The position numbers and the translations under genes were made by a program. Below are positions 18,736 to 35,750 of a stretch of DNA of 64,000 bases, piece by piece. Every line of letters begins with the position of its first letter. Position 1 is the stretch's first letter. The notes below the pieces were generated by a model. The model had not been told where the DNA came from. It was given only the letters and a program-made list of their open reading frames with translations, and made no database searches. Origin of the DNA: the human T2T-CHM13v2.0 reference genome, Homo sapiens; NCBI RefSeq assembly GCF_009914755.1, contig NC_060925.1. The stretch is one strand, 5' to 3'.

Positions 18736-19646
18736 GCTTTTAAAGATGCCGAATTAAGAAATTATTTAGAATTTGAAAAGGAATGCTTTGTATAGAATGT
18801 TTATTTACTTAATCTTACTATCTTTCTCTCTAGGTATTTTAATGGTCTTACTTTTTTGATCTAATCTCATTTAATCATGATTCTCATTGCTAATAAAATA
18901 TGATTTGAAAGGTAAGAGGAAATATGACTATGGTACCAGTTTTTTGTGGTCAAAAGCCAAGAAACAGAGTATACATAACTTTGCCCGCTTGCCCTTTGGT
19001 GTTATTGTTATTGTTAAAAGGAAAAATGGGGCAAAACATGAAACAGAACAATGTGATAGATGGTGTGAAGGTTATAGTGACAAGATACCAGAGAACAGAC
19101 AAAAGAGATCTCTAATACAGCATTTCCTTTCTTTTGTGATTAGCTATATAAACCAGAACTTTTTTCAACCTTATCTATTTGTTTATCAGTTTCAATGGGC
19201 TAGATTATATATTGGCATCATTTAAGGAAATAAGTTTACATTGAAATACATAAAATATTTAAAATGACAAGAAAAATCTCATAAAATTTATATATATTTC
19301 TTAGGATAGTAGATAAATAACTGTAGATTGCTATAAAAGATTCTTATTATGAAGTACTGTTACTGTCCGTATGGCTGAAATGTCAGAGGACTGAAAAGAT
19401 TTTCACTAGGCTCAATGAATCTCATTTGAGATTGTCGGTTTAATGAAATCTGTTGCTTTTTGGGAATAGAATTTGTTCTTTTGGGGCATTCTAAGAAGTT
19501 GAAAAAAAGTTGAAAATGAGGATATATATTGACAGGGTGCCAAAGCAGCATCTAAAGCTGATTAGAAATTTGAGCTTAGTGGCCAGTAACATGTTTTTAC
19601 CCTAACTTACTTTATTTGATATGAAGTAGGCAATTTGAATTTAAAA

Positions 19647-19987
19647 TAGGGGTTGGCAAAACTATGTTCTATGGGCTGAATCTGGCCTGCCACCTGTTTT
19701 TGTATGGCCTGAAAACTAAGAATGGTTTTTGCATTTTTAAATAGTTAAAAAAATTAAAAGAATATGATTTTGTGGTTTTGTGATGGGAAAATTATAAGGA
19801 ATTCACACTTCAATGTCTGTAAATAAAGTTTTACTGGAACACAGCCATGCTTATTCATTTATATATTGTCTATGGCTGCTTTTGCACTACAATGGCAGTG
19901 TTGAGTGGTGACAGAGACCACATATGGCCTGCAAAGCCTAAAATATTTACTTTCTGGCCCTTTATAGAAAAAGCTTGCTGATCCCTG
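19647..19987 (+). mobile_element. MER58B (hAT-Charlie MITE), full length
   Basis: Termini taggggttggcaaa ... ttgctgatccctg, internal aaataaagttttactggaacacagcc, degenerate 8-bp TSD atttaaaa/atctagaa. Confidence 0.85.
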
Positions 19988-20177
19988 ATCTAGAATTGTA
20001 TAGTCTAATCCACTTTTAATTTTGATTTAGTATATAATCCTGAGGATATCATTTTCTTTTTAATTTTTTTTTCCTGAGAAACTTGGCAGATAATGTTCAG
20101 TGGTGAATGCAGATCTCAGTTATTTCCAAACTAGTTTTTATATAACTCTGTTGTCAGTCTTATTTAATGGTATAGAT

Positions 20178-21584
20178 CACTGGCTCTCAAATGTAATCTT
20201 CAGATCTCTGGGTGTTTCTGAGATATTTTCAGGGAGTTCATAAAGCAAAACTGTTTTGATAATAATGCCAGGACATTCTTTGTCTTTTCACCATATTGAC
20301 ATTTGCCCTGATGATGCAAAAGCCATGGTAGGTGAAACTGCTGTGCTTGGGCATGAATCAAGGCAGTGTCACCAAACCGTAACAGTACTCATTGCACATA
20401 CTTATAAAACCAATGCTAATTTTTCCTAAGTAGTAGAAACTGTTACATTTTGTTAAATCTTAACCCTTGTCACTTGTCTTTTTAATATGCTGTGTGAAAA
20501 AATGAGAATTATACATAAAGCACTCTGCATACTGAACTACCATGGTCGTCTTGAGGAAAAGCACTTATGCAGTTGTTTGAGCCATTAGCTGAACTAGCTG
20601 CTTTTTTCATGGGACACCATTTTGCTTGAAAGAACAATTAACAAACTGTCATTATTCAGACTTGTGTATTTGGCACTTTTTTTCTTGAAAGGGAGTGAAG
20701 TAAGCTGACACTTCAAGGAAAACAACTGATATTATTTGTTGCCAATCATAAAATTGGAGTTTTCAATTCAAAATTAGGATTTTCAGATAACCTCTGTCTG
20801 CCACTTTGGGTTTGACAGTTTCCCAATACTTAGTTTTCTGATGAGATTGGTAGATAATGAAATGTTGACATATGATTTTTTGGGATAATGAAATGTGCTG
20901 TCAACATTTCGAAGATCTTTATAACTAAGGGAACCAGTATTTTCAGGATGACCAATGTGTGATGTTATAAATTCATGCACAGATAAAAGATCCATTCAGT
21001 GTGCAAGACAGACCAATGGATTTGAATGTAACAGAAACAGAAATTTCATTCATAGGATTTTATATTCCACATTACAACTAAGCTTTAAAAACCTATCACT
21101 TGTTGAGTTTTGGTGTAGTATCAAAGAACAATATTCATAATTATTTGAAAAGGCTAATACTTGTTTCTTTTTCAGTTACATTATCTATGTGACATTTCCT
21201 TCATATCTTTCATCCAAAACAACATATGACAACAGATTGTGAGCAGAATCAGATATGAGATTCTAGCTATCTGCTGTTAATCCAGACATTAACAAAAATG
21301 TAAAACAATGTAAAACAGTGCAAAAATGTAAAACAATGCCACTTCTTTCACTAACTTTTTTTGTTTTGGAAAATATAGTTATTTTTCATAAAAATTATGT
21401 TAACATGTAATGGGGCTTTAATGCTTTATTTTATACATTTCTAGACTTCTTTTGTAAATATCAATATTGGTATTTAATAAATATTCACAGATACAATTCA
21501 CATGAACAAAAGCTTTTTAGAGTCCACAATCATTTTGAAGAATATAAAAGGCTGTCCTGGGAGCAGAAAGTCTGATATGTATTG
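20178..21584 (+). mobile_element. Charlie1a, near full length
   Basis: gacatttgccctgatgatgcaaaagccatggtaggtgaaactgctg...gaatcaaggcagtg and terminal acaaaagcttttt...gagtccacaat match recalled Charlie1a. Confidence 0.85.
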
Positions 21585-21852
21585 TGGATCGTGCTCATTT
21601 ACCATGATGTCAGTTATATGAACTAGGAGAAGGAATTTTCACTGCTAAATAATTCAGTAGCACCTATTACCTCTTTTTTGTCTGAAAACTAAGGTGGAAA
21701 TATACCTTTCCAGAAGCTTGTAGAAGAGGCTGAGATGAAAATGTCTAAAAATTCAGTTTTTAAAAAATGCTAAATAGCATACATTTTCCAGTTACGGATG
21801 GTTACCTAAAAGCACACTTCTGAGGACGCATTGTGTAGTTGTTATATAGTTA

Positions 21853-21934
21853 CAGGTTGAGTATCCCTAATCTGAAAATCTGAAATCTGAAACACTTCTG
21901 TCCCGAGCATTTCAGATGAAGGATATTCAACCTG
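21853..21934. mobile_element. Internally deleted Tigger4 (Zombi) mini-element, 82 bp
   Basis: Both TIRs present (caggttgagtatccc ... ggatattcaacctg), preceded by TA. Confidence 0.8.
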
Positions 21935-22080
21935 TTTATGTAATTGTTATAAAAGTTATAATATAATGATAGTCTATTATGCTTTATATGCATTAACTCT
22001 ATTCCTCATTTAAAGACTTGCATAATAAGTAATACTATTAAGTAACCTGCTGTTGGTCACACAGTAAGTTTTAAGAGCTG

Positions 22081-22218
22081 GCGCTGGGCTTGGTGGCTCA
22101 TGCCATCTAAGCTACTCGGGAGGCTGAAGTGGGAGGATTGCTTGAGCCCACGAGTTGGAGTGCAGCTGGGCAACATGGCAAGATGCTGTTCTCAAAAACA
22201 AAAACAAAACAAAAAAAA
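22081..22218 (+). mobile_element. FLAM (Alu monomer) inserted in a MIR remnant
   Basis: Monomeric Alu with A-rich tail; flanking repeat agagctg. Confidence 0.8.
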
Positions 22219-22594
22219 GAGAGCTGAGATTCAAGTGCTTTTTCCTTTATTAAAATGCTATTATTTATAGCAACTATGTGTACAGGCAACAGCTTTCTGT
22301 AAATAGCTTACAGGATCTTGTGGTAAAGGCTCTTTTTGGCAACCAAACTAGATAAAGATTTGTCTTCAATTTTAGTTTGATGATTAAGGCAAGAAGTTGT
22401 CTTCCAGAGTTACAGAGAGACAGTAAAATGAATGGACTAAGCCTAAACAAATTGCTAGACACTGACTTCCATCAGTAAATTACAGCCTTCCAAATTGACT
22501 TGGATAATATGAAAAATGAATAATTAGCATGATTTGTATTCGTTTGGCTGATTCTCAATTTAATATCTGTTTACTATTGTGATCATATTTCTAG

Positions 22595-22957
22595 GCTTCT
22601 CCAGTGACAGTGATCTGGTATCTCTTACTGTTGATGTGGATTCTCTTGCTGAGTTAGATGATGGAATGGCTTCCAATCAAAATTCTCCCATTAGAACTTT
22701 TGGTCTCAATCTTTCTTCGGATTCTTCAGCACTAGGGGCTGTTGCTTCTGACAGTGAACAGAGCAAAACAGAAGAAGAACGGGAAAGTCGTAGCCTCTTT
22801 CCTGGCAGTTTAAAGCCGAAGCTTGGCAAGAGAGATTATTTGGAGAAAGCAGGAGAATTAATAAAGCTGGCTTTAAAAAAGGAAGAAGAAGACGACTATG
22901 AAGCTGCTTCTGATTTTTATAGGAAGGGAGTTGATTTACTCCTAGAAGGTGTTCAAG
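22595..22957 (+). CDS. RPS6KC1: RPS6KC1 internal coding exon (363 nt, phase 1 to 1; probably exon 6), Ser/acidic linker plus N-terminal part of the MIT domain
   Basis: Acceptor atttctag|GC and donor CAAG|gtatgg. Lies within ORF 22579..23079 and reads (G)FSSDSDLVSLTVDVDS...DYLEKAGELIKLALKKEEEDDYEAASDFYRKGVDLLLEGVQ(G), a MIT-type helical pattern. Confidence 0.97.
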
Positions 22958-23699
22958 GTATGGTTTTATGTATATTATGTTTTGGCATGCTCTTTTGTTG
23001 GTATGTGGGAAAAAAAAGTACATACATATATCTTCTGTATAGTCTTATGGAAATAATACTGAAAATGAGAAATTACTGAAGCTTAAAAGACCTATATATG
23101 GATATATACTTTAAGTTCCTTGAGATGTTAGACATTATCGGAGGTACTTAACCCTCTACTTTTAATCAATTAATCCACAAAAACAGGATTTAAAAAAAAG
23201 TCAGCATGTCTTGAAGTCTCTTGTATGAATAATAATCTTTCTTTTCTGATTTGAAAAGGCAGTGTTTTACCGGCCTTCATCTCTCTCAGGAGTAATTCAC
23301 AGAGATTCTTGATGACCTGAAGAGACAAAATGAAATGGATTTTTAAACTAAGAGCATAAAAGATTCTTGGGTTTGCCGACTATTCTGTTCTTTGTAGTTG
23401 TAGTAAATTCTCATTTAATTAATGGAGGTGATGTGGGACATGTAGAGCTGACTGTAACTGAATGTCTGTATATAGAACTTACTTTTTTGAAGTATCAGCT
23501 ATTGTTTTAACCCTTAAATTTTTCCTTATAAAAGCAGAATGAAGCATTCTGCATTTAGTTGCATGACTTTTTGGATGCAGTAATCAAAGATTGATATTGA
23601 CATTCTTCCAGTGGTTTCATTTACAGAAGATCATCATTTTCATTGTTCTGTGGTCTTGGGTTTGTCGGTACCATTCAGATTACCAGTCTCCTGTATTAC

Positions 23700-24170
23700 T
23701 AACACTTTTTACTACAGTACTTCTCACTATGCCTAGTATCCTGTAGTCCAGAAGCCTTTTGTTATTTCTGGAGTATAAACTTTCAGTTTTATAAAATGGT
23801 GTACCTGTCTGTATATGGAGGGTCCTAACTGCTTCTTAACCAGGATTTTGACCATTTCTCTTGTTTTTAGGTTTCACTCCCATTTCCTAATGCCACCAAT
23901 TCCTGAATTTTTGGAGAGTTTTACCATGCCATGTAAATCAGGCAACTTTCTTGATTCCCTTTTAGTAACTTCTCATCCATCTACCTTTTTTTTTTTAAAT
24001 TATATTCCATGGCAGCTTTTATATTCTAAAATTTTGTTGCTGTTACCTTCTCAGTTTCTTTATTCTTGTGGGGTTTTGTCTTAAAGAAATTTTTGACTGC
24101 CATGTTAATAGAGTTTCTGGAGGGAGAATAGCTAAAGAAATGTGTTCAGTTTGCCATCTTCAACTGGGAA
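23700..24170 (-). mobile_element. Old L1ME/HAL1-like 5' end fragment
   Basis: gagtttctggagggag...atgtgttcagtttgccatcttcaactgg resembles the antisense 5' terminus of old L1M elements. Confidence 0.45.
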
Positions 24171-24517
24171 TTCAGATTTCACAATTGATACTTAATTTCG
24201 GTGGGCCTGAGGATCAAACAGCGATTAATGTTTTGTGTGTATAGCAATAAGAGGAGATGGAGTCTTGTTTCTTTTTTCATTAGTTATTGTCTTACTAAAG
24301 TTGCTTATATAACCATTTGGAACCTGTTAACACAGTTTCAAATAATTGATTCTAAATTCATTTCTCATTAATTTTGTCATCTTGATATGATTAATATTAG
24401 CTATCACTTTTAAGGTTTCTAATTGATACCTAATTTTGAAGTTACTTGTTTTCTTGCTTTGATGGAAAGATCATTTTCACCCTAATTTTATTTTTCAAAT
24501 GGTTTTATAATGTTAGG

Positions 24518-24811
24518 TTTTTTTTTTTTGAGATAGAGTTTCATTCTGTCACCCAGGCTGGAGGGCAGTGGTATGATCTCAGCTCGCTGCAACCTTTGCC
24601 TCCGGGGTTCAAGTGATTCTCCTGCCTCAGCCTCCCTAGTAGCTGGGACTATAGGTGTGTGCCACCATGCCGAACTAATTTTTGTATTTTTAGCAGAAAC
24701 GGGGTTTCACCATGTTTGCCAGGCTGGTCTCGAACTACTGACCTCAGGTGATCTGTCTGCCTTGGCCTCCCACAGTGCTGGGATTACAGGCGTGAGCCAC
24801 TGCACCAGGCC
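24518..24811 (-). mobile_element. AluS
   Basis: Full antisense Alu. Confidence 0.9.
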
Positions 24812-26769
24812 ATCTGTTGGGTTTTTTGTTTGCTAGTGGAGCATTCTGGTCTTAAATATCTATTCATTTTTATTCTTTGCCTTAACTCTCATTTTGGGTT
24901 GGGAGTTTAAAATGGGTATGAGTTATAAAAAAATCTGCTCTGACATTTTTTCCATTTGTTTTCAGAGAATTATGTGCTAAAACATCACTGGTGTTTAATT
25001 GACACAAATAAAACACATCAGTGTGGTCAGTGTGACATTTTTTAAGTTATTTGCATTTAATCTTAGAACATTTCATAATGTTACCACTTGATGGCACCAG
25101 AAAAATAAAAATCTGTGCTTCAAAATGAGAATTATAGATGCATGTCAGAAAATAACAAATAATGTGTCATTTGGTTAGTTACTTTGCTGATTATGGTGGT
25201 GAATTATTTCTCCACTAGAACTTGATACCAAACCTACTAGACTGCTATCTTAAGGAACATTACCATTTAACCATGTATCTCCTATTTAATGCATGTTTGT
25301 CTTTTTGAAAGCACAATATCCATTCCTGCTCTGGATTGGTTTCTGTTATTAATATGCCACAATTCCAGAAGTTAATAACTGACTAAATTGATTTTAGTCT
25401 TTTATTGTTTATTCATAATGTGATCAATTTTTATTCAGACAAACTATGGGAACCACAATCATAGAATTCTAATTTTTAACCAGTATATAAAAGAACCTTT
25501 GTTTCAGTCCTCCTGGTTACACATTTGACCCTGTGTCAAATGTAAGATCAGGACAGTGCTTCCAGTCCATGGATTCTGTACTAGCATACTAGTCACCACC
25601 TAACAGACATATGGACATTGTCCTTCAATTTCTGGGGAAACTGGGGGCTCTAGTTATGAGCTTGATTTGACCTTTATTTTCAGAAGAGATGTTTCCTTGG
25701 GTAAAGTTTGTTCTGGGGTAACAAAACTGTTAGTGAAATATCTCTATAGCCAGTAAAACGTATGAATCATTTAAATTGAACTCTTCATAACATTTGTTCT
25801 TGTGACCTTTATTGGCATGGATTGGCATGCCTTATAATAAAATAAGTATTTCTGGATATCTGATAATACAGAGAAAATAATCTTTCAGAGCTAAGTAATG
25901 CTTTATACAAAGATTCTTGTGGGTTGGCAAATTTTGTTATTTTGTTACTAAACTATTCATCCTAAAGAAGTTTATCTGGGTTGTTAGTAGGTCTGATAAA
26001 GATGGCTTGATGTTTTTCTTATTTAACTGGTATTTGCACAGCTGAGACCACATGCAAAACACAATAGCAACAGCTCTCTTTGCCCATCCGGCAGAGAATA
26101 AGTATACCCTGATAGTGGTAACTTTGAATTCTCTTTGAACCTGACACTTCACTTACTCCCTCTTAGAAATGGTTCTTGGAATGAAAGGACTGTCTACTCT
26201 TCTAAATTCTCAGGTCTTTATGGATTTAAGAGAGAAAATCCAAAAGTCAGAGTTGAAGGAATCAACTTGAATTTTTGAAAAGGATGTTGCAATATATATA
26301 TCACACTTTCCTGTCCATCTTGTTTATATATTACTGAAAGTGGCGGATATGATTAATCTATGTGTGGGCTTATTGGAGTGGTTGTGGTAATATAGAGTGG
26401 TAAATGGATTACATAAAGGTATCAATAAAATGTTTAAGTAATTTATTACATGCCTGTCACTGTACAAGGTATTTTTCTTACATTATTTTTAATCTTCAAA
26501 GGAACCCTATAAGTTGAACTATGACTGGCCATACTGGACTTTGTCTAAGGACACCAAAATTTAGAGGGTGCAAACATTTAATATAATGATTCTAAAAGCT
26601 TGGCACCTAGTTAGCAAGAATAATTATTTAAAACAGGAAGCTACCAGATGGCGAGCATTGTTAGTAACACCCATCTGTGGGCTACATCATGAATTACAGA
26701 GTCGATTTGAGAGCTGGTTTTGTGTAGTTTGTTCCAGGTGCCAAAAGTACTGGTTTGATGTCTTTGTAA

Positions 26770-26930
26770 GGTAGATATTGTGATCCCTGTTTTATAGGTG
26801 GAGAAAACTAAGACTTACATAAATTAAGCAATTTGCTCAAGGACACAAACTAGTGAAAGTTGAGCTACGATTTTAATCTAGGTCTTTCTGAGCCTAAATC
26901 ATATTTTCTTCGTATTGTGCTATGCTACTT
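26770..26930. mobile_element. MIR
   Basis: cctgttttataggtggagaaaactaagact...aagcaatttgctcaaggacaca MIR core. Confidence 0.7.
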
Positions 26931-27859
26931 CTCACATGTTCCTCCTAATTAGATTAGCATTTTAAGATGGAGAAGTGGGAAATCCTCTCCATTGTAGAAT
27001 ATTTGAAAACTTTCTTATTTTGAGTATTTGTCATTTTTCCTTCTATCCATTTGTTTGTTTTCACTCAGCCATCTATTCATCTAGTTGATCTTTCAACAAG
27101 CATTTATTTCTTGTATGTAGCAGGCCCTGTAATAGGGAATATAAAATGGTTATTTTCTAAAAATATAGAATCAAATTGAGTGACGGCCCTTCAAGATGAG
27201 ATGTTTCTGTCAACTTAATAGCATGCTAATATGACCCATGATTTTGTAGTGTATATCTTGTTGAAAATATCTGGTAGATTTGCTGCCATAGTTATACCCG
27301 TTGCTTTTCACTTAACTTGATGTTGATGCCACACTTAAAAAATACCCCATTATTTCCCCCTGCCCTTCTCACTCTTTTTCTTTTCTTCCTCTCTCATTTT
27401 CTTCCTTCTCCTCTCCTTCCCTTTTACCTCCTTTCCTCTCCTCTTCTCTTCTCTTGCATACATTATGAGTGACATTTCATAATGTATTTCTGGATATTGT
27501 TGATATCCAATTTTTCTTTGAAGATTTTGTTGATATTTTTGACCAGTGAGACTATTTTTAATGTTAGTACTCAGATTAAGAGATGCAAACATTTTCATTC
27601 TGGTAAATGGTATAATAAGCAGTACCAAACCATTTTTTATAGTTTATTCTTGGGTAGATATGTGCTAGGCTATCAGGGATGTCCAGACGTATTTCAGACA
27701 CCATGACCTTGTATGGAGCTTGGACCATTGATTTATTCCATGAATAAGAGTTACTCAAATATTTAGAAACCCAAAGGATAAAGTTTTTGGCTTTGGAAAT
27801 AGATAGATAATATGAAAAACGTAGTAAGTTTAGGTTTGATAAAGGGAAGCAAGTCATGT

Positions 27860-28335
27860 GATTTTGGTATTTAGGGAATCTTAGAACCAATCCCCTGTGG
27901 ATACTGAAGGGCAACTGTATAAGATTATAATTCTGAGAATAGAGGTAGTTTTCCTTCTTCCTTTTCAATTTGGATGGCTTTTATTTCTGTTTCTCACCTA
28001 ATGCTCTGGCTAGAACTTCCAGTACAATGTACAAGAACATTGGGAAAGCAGACATTCTTGTCTTGTTCCTGATATCTCAGGGGGAAAGATTTCAGTCTTA
28101 CCGTGGAATATGATGTTAGTTGTTGGTTTTTCATAGACGCCCTTTATCATGTTGAAGAAGTTCTATTCTATTCCTAGTTTTTTGTATGTTCTCTTGCAGG
28201 GGTGTTGGATTCTGACAAATGCTTTTTCTGCATCACTTGAAACAATTGTGCTTTTTTTCTTCTTTGTTCTATTAATGTGGTATATTACATTGCTTTTCTT
28301 ATATTGAACCACTCTGGAATTCCTAGGATAAATCC
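27860..28335 (-). mobile_element. MER2-like terminus (about 27860-27918) followed by an old L1 ORF2 (RT) fragment
   Basis: gaaccaatcccctgtggatactgaagggcaactgta; ORF 28163-28345 contains SSDAEKAF, like L1 [14 protein letters not shown]. Confidence 0.65.
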
Positions 28336-28999
28336 CACTTGCCACAGAGATTTTTATCTTAAGTTTGAACCCAGTTGTGCCTTTTGGTATCTCTTGTGTA
28401 TTTTGTTTATCATTGTAATATGGTTGGAAAAGAGGGACTGCTTATTGAGGTATGAGCCTTCTATCCGTCTCTGTCTGGAAGTTGAGATCTTATTTTTCAA
28501 TAGGGAGGAGTATTAAACAAATACAGAATATTTCTTATTTTATTTTATTTTTTCCTTCAGTTGTGACCTGTGACCTGAATGTCATGAAAATTTTCCACAG
28601 CTTTTTCTGTTTTAAAATAAAATGTGTACTTTTCACTATGATTTAATAAATTGCCTTAGTTGAGAATTTTTCAGATCTTAACTGTTTTGAAACTGGCTAG
28701 AAGGAAGCATTTTAAAACAGTCTAATTAAGATTTTTAAAAATAGAGATTTGAAATGATTTAAATATGCCACTTAGTCTTCTGTCTTCCCTCCTCATCAGC
28801 ATTCTGTTTTTTCCTTTCTTTAGTTGATCCAGGAAGTGTCTGCCAATAGGAGTCAGCAGTTACTAATGCAGTGAACTCAGAAGGAACTATTTCATAGGTT
28901 CAGAGAGAAGACTTACAGATTCTCTGTTCTCAATATTCACAAATGAAAAGAGAGTTGCTTTTTAAATTATCCTATACTCAGGTAATTCTCTTTCAGGTT

Positions 29000-29550
29000 T
29001 TGTGTTAAGACTAGATTTTCAGCTCCAGGTAGCAAAATCGTAACCAACTCAAAGAGGCTCACATAGAAAACATTGTTTTAGTCCATCTGAAAAAGAGTGT
29101 TTTATTCCACTTAAATGATTACATATAGCTCAATTCAGGTGTTCAAGAAATGCCAACAGGTCTCTGTCTTTTTATTTGCCTGTCTCTGTTCACACCCTGT
29201 ATTTGCTATCCCCTTTCTCTTATTTGATTTTATCTTCATGGCATGAAAGGTAACCCCTGACTAGCTCCAGGTTTACAAAGACTTTGTCCTCAGGATCCTG
29301 GAGGAAGAGGGTATTTTCCCTCATAGCTCCAATAAAAGCCTCAGGGAGGATTGGCCTGGCATGCGTCACATAGCTTTCACCTCTGTCTTTGTAACCTGAT
29401 TAGGCATAGGTTATTTGGTCATCCCTGGGAAGGTGGACAGAGCTATCCCTGATGCACTGCATGAACTGAACGGCATAACCATGGAATGTGGAAGGAGTGG
29501 ATCAAAATGAGGAAGGGATGTTAGGCAGAAACAAAAAAAAAACACATTGA
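29000..29550 (-). mobile_element. MLT1K/L-like LTR (ERVL-MaLR)
   Basis: Motifs ccaactcaaa, gctccaggttta, gattggcctggc...gtcaca and gggatgttaggcag. Confidence 0.55.
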
Positions 29551-29709
29551 AATGTTATCTTCTGCTTATCTGTCATGGCCCAACAGTGCCGTTTATTATC
29601 CTTTCTCCCCTGGCCTTAAAAAACAAAAATGATTGTTTTGGTTGTTCATGTGTGTTCTCTTACATGTTTCTTAGATGATAATTCTCTAGAGAACCGGCAT
29701 GGTATCTAC

Positions 29710-30060
29710 TTTTTTTAAACTTTTAACGGAAGTATATTATATATACAGAAAAGTAAATATCATAATCATATAGCTGAATGTATTTTCACACATGGGACAC
29801 TCCCATGTGACTGGCATCCAGATCAAGGAGCAGAATTTGGCCAGCACCATAGAAGCTTCTTCATCTCCCCTCTTCAAAGGAAATTATTATTCTGATCTTT
29901 AACAGTGTTGAGTGCAAGAGGTCTGCTTTTTCTTTTAAGAAATATTTTGGAGAAGGAGTCTTGCTATGTTGCCCAGACTGTCTTGAACTGGTCTCAGGCA
30001 GTCCTCCTGCCTCAGCCTCCCAAAAAGCCAGGACTTCAGTGTGAGCCATGGCACCTGGCT
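29710..30060 (-). mobile_element. L1ME 3' end followed by a FLAM (about 29927-30060)
   Basis: atacagaaaagt...ccagatcaaggagcagaa...ccagcaccatagaag, then an Alu monomer. Confidence 0.65.
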
Positions 30061-30376
30061 CAGGTCTGCTTTTTTCTATTCCCATTCCTTACAAGGGCAG
30101 GGTTCCAGTTTTGAGAGCCTGCTTTCTGTTGTTTCCACCCTCTTCTCTGCAATTTCCATTATGGATGATGATGGGGAATGGGTTGGGGTCTTGTTTCTCT
30201 TTTATTTCTGTAGGATCCTGACCTTTCTCTCATTTTCTTCTTTCCCTTTGGCCTTTCACTGCCACACCTTGAAGGGGTATCACTCATTTTCTATATATCT
30301 GATTCTTCCCCAGTAGGAAGGCTTTACCAAGGCTCTCACTTTTTATTTTCTTCACTTTCGAGCCTATAAAGCCTGT

Positions 30377-30713
<337 letters not shown>

Positions 30714-30819
30714 TAACTATCAGATGCCAACCTGTGTTTGGCATTTAGTTGGGCTTCCTTTTTCTGTTTTGTTTGTTTGTTCGTTTGTTTTTTCCTGTGC
30801 TTTGGTTTAAGTCCAGTTT

Positions 30820-30820
<1 letters not shown>

Positions 30821-30897
<77 letters not shown>

Positions 30898-30905
30898 TTT
30901 TTTTT
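30821..30905. repeat. Compound microsatellite (CT)20(AT)10(T)25
   Basis: Directly visible. Confidence 0.95.
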
Positions 30906-31314
30906 CCTTCCCCCCACCCCCACCAAGGGATCTCTTAAGCTTTTCTTCCTCTGGTCACCACATCCATTGGCTTACAATAGGGGGCCCTGGGAGTGCTGTT
31001 GTAGTTTGGTTGGTTTTTCTATTTACAGATAATCCAAAGGTCATGGTATCTTTGTTTCCTAGTGGTGCTGAAAATGTGAGCCATATGTGGATTTATTTGT
31101 GCTCTTGATTTTTTGTTTGTTTCTTGAGAGGTTATGTGGAGACATTTGAAATTTGGTGGCCATTGTTGTCCTCTAGGCCCAAGAGTTCACACAGATTGAT
31201 TTCAGAATGTTCAACAACTTTTGTATGCCTAAAATAAACTTTACTTGGTTGTGATATGGATTATCCTTTTTATATATCATTGGATTTAATTGCTAATATT
31301 TATTCATTTATGTA

Positions 31315-31427
31315 CAGGCTTACCTTGTTTTGTTGTACTTTATAGCACTTTGCAGATTTTTTTTTTTAAAACCAAATAGAAGTTTTGTGGCAACACTGTA
31401 TTGAGCAAGTCTTTTGGGGCCATTTTC
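31315..31427 (+). mobile_element. Tigger1 left end
   Basis: TA|caggcttaccttgtttt...gttttgtggcaacactgtattgagcaagtc. Confidence 0.8.

Positions 31428-35750
<4,323 letters not shown>

Noticed and set aside
22958-23079. ORF extension past the exon (GMVLCILCFGML...)
   Set aside because: Read-through beyond a canonical donor into low-complexity intron, with no evidence of use.
23290-23325. Acceptor-like site (ctctctcag|G) followed by a frame reading GVIHRDS, resembling a kinase catalytic loop
   Set aside because: Two stops follow immediately, the flanking residues are not kinase-like and there is no convincing donor, so this is treated as coincidence.
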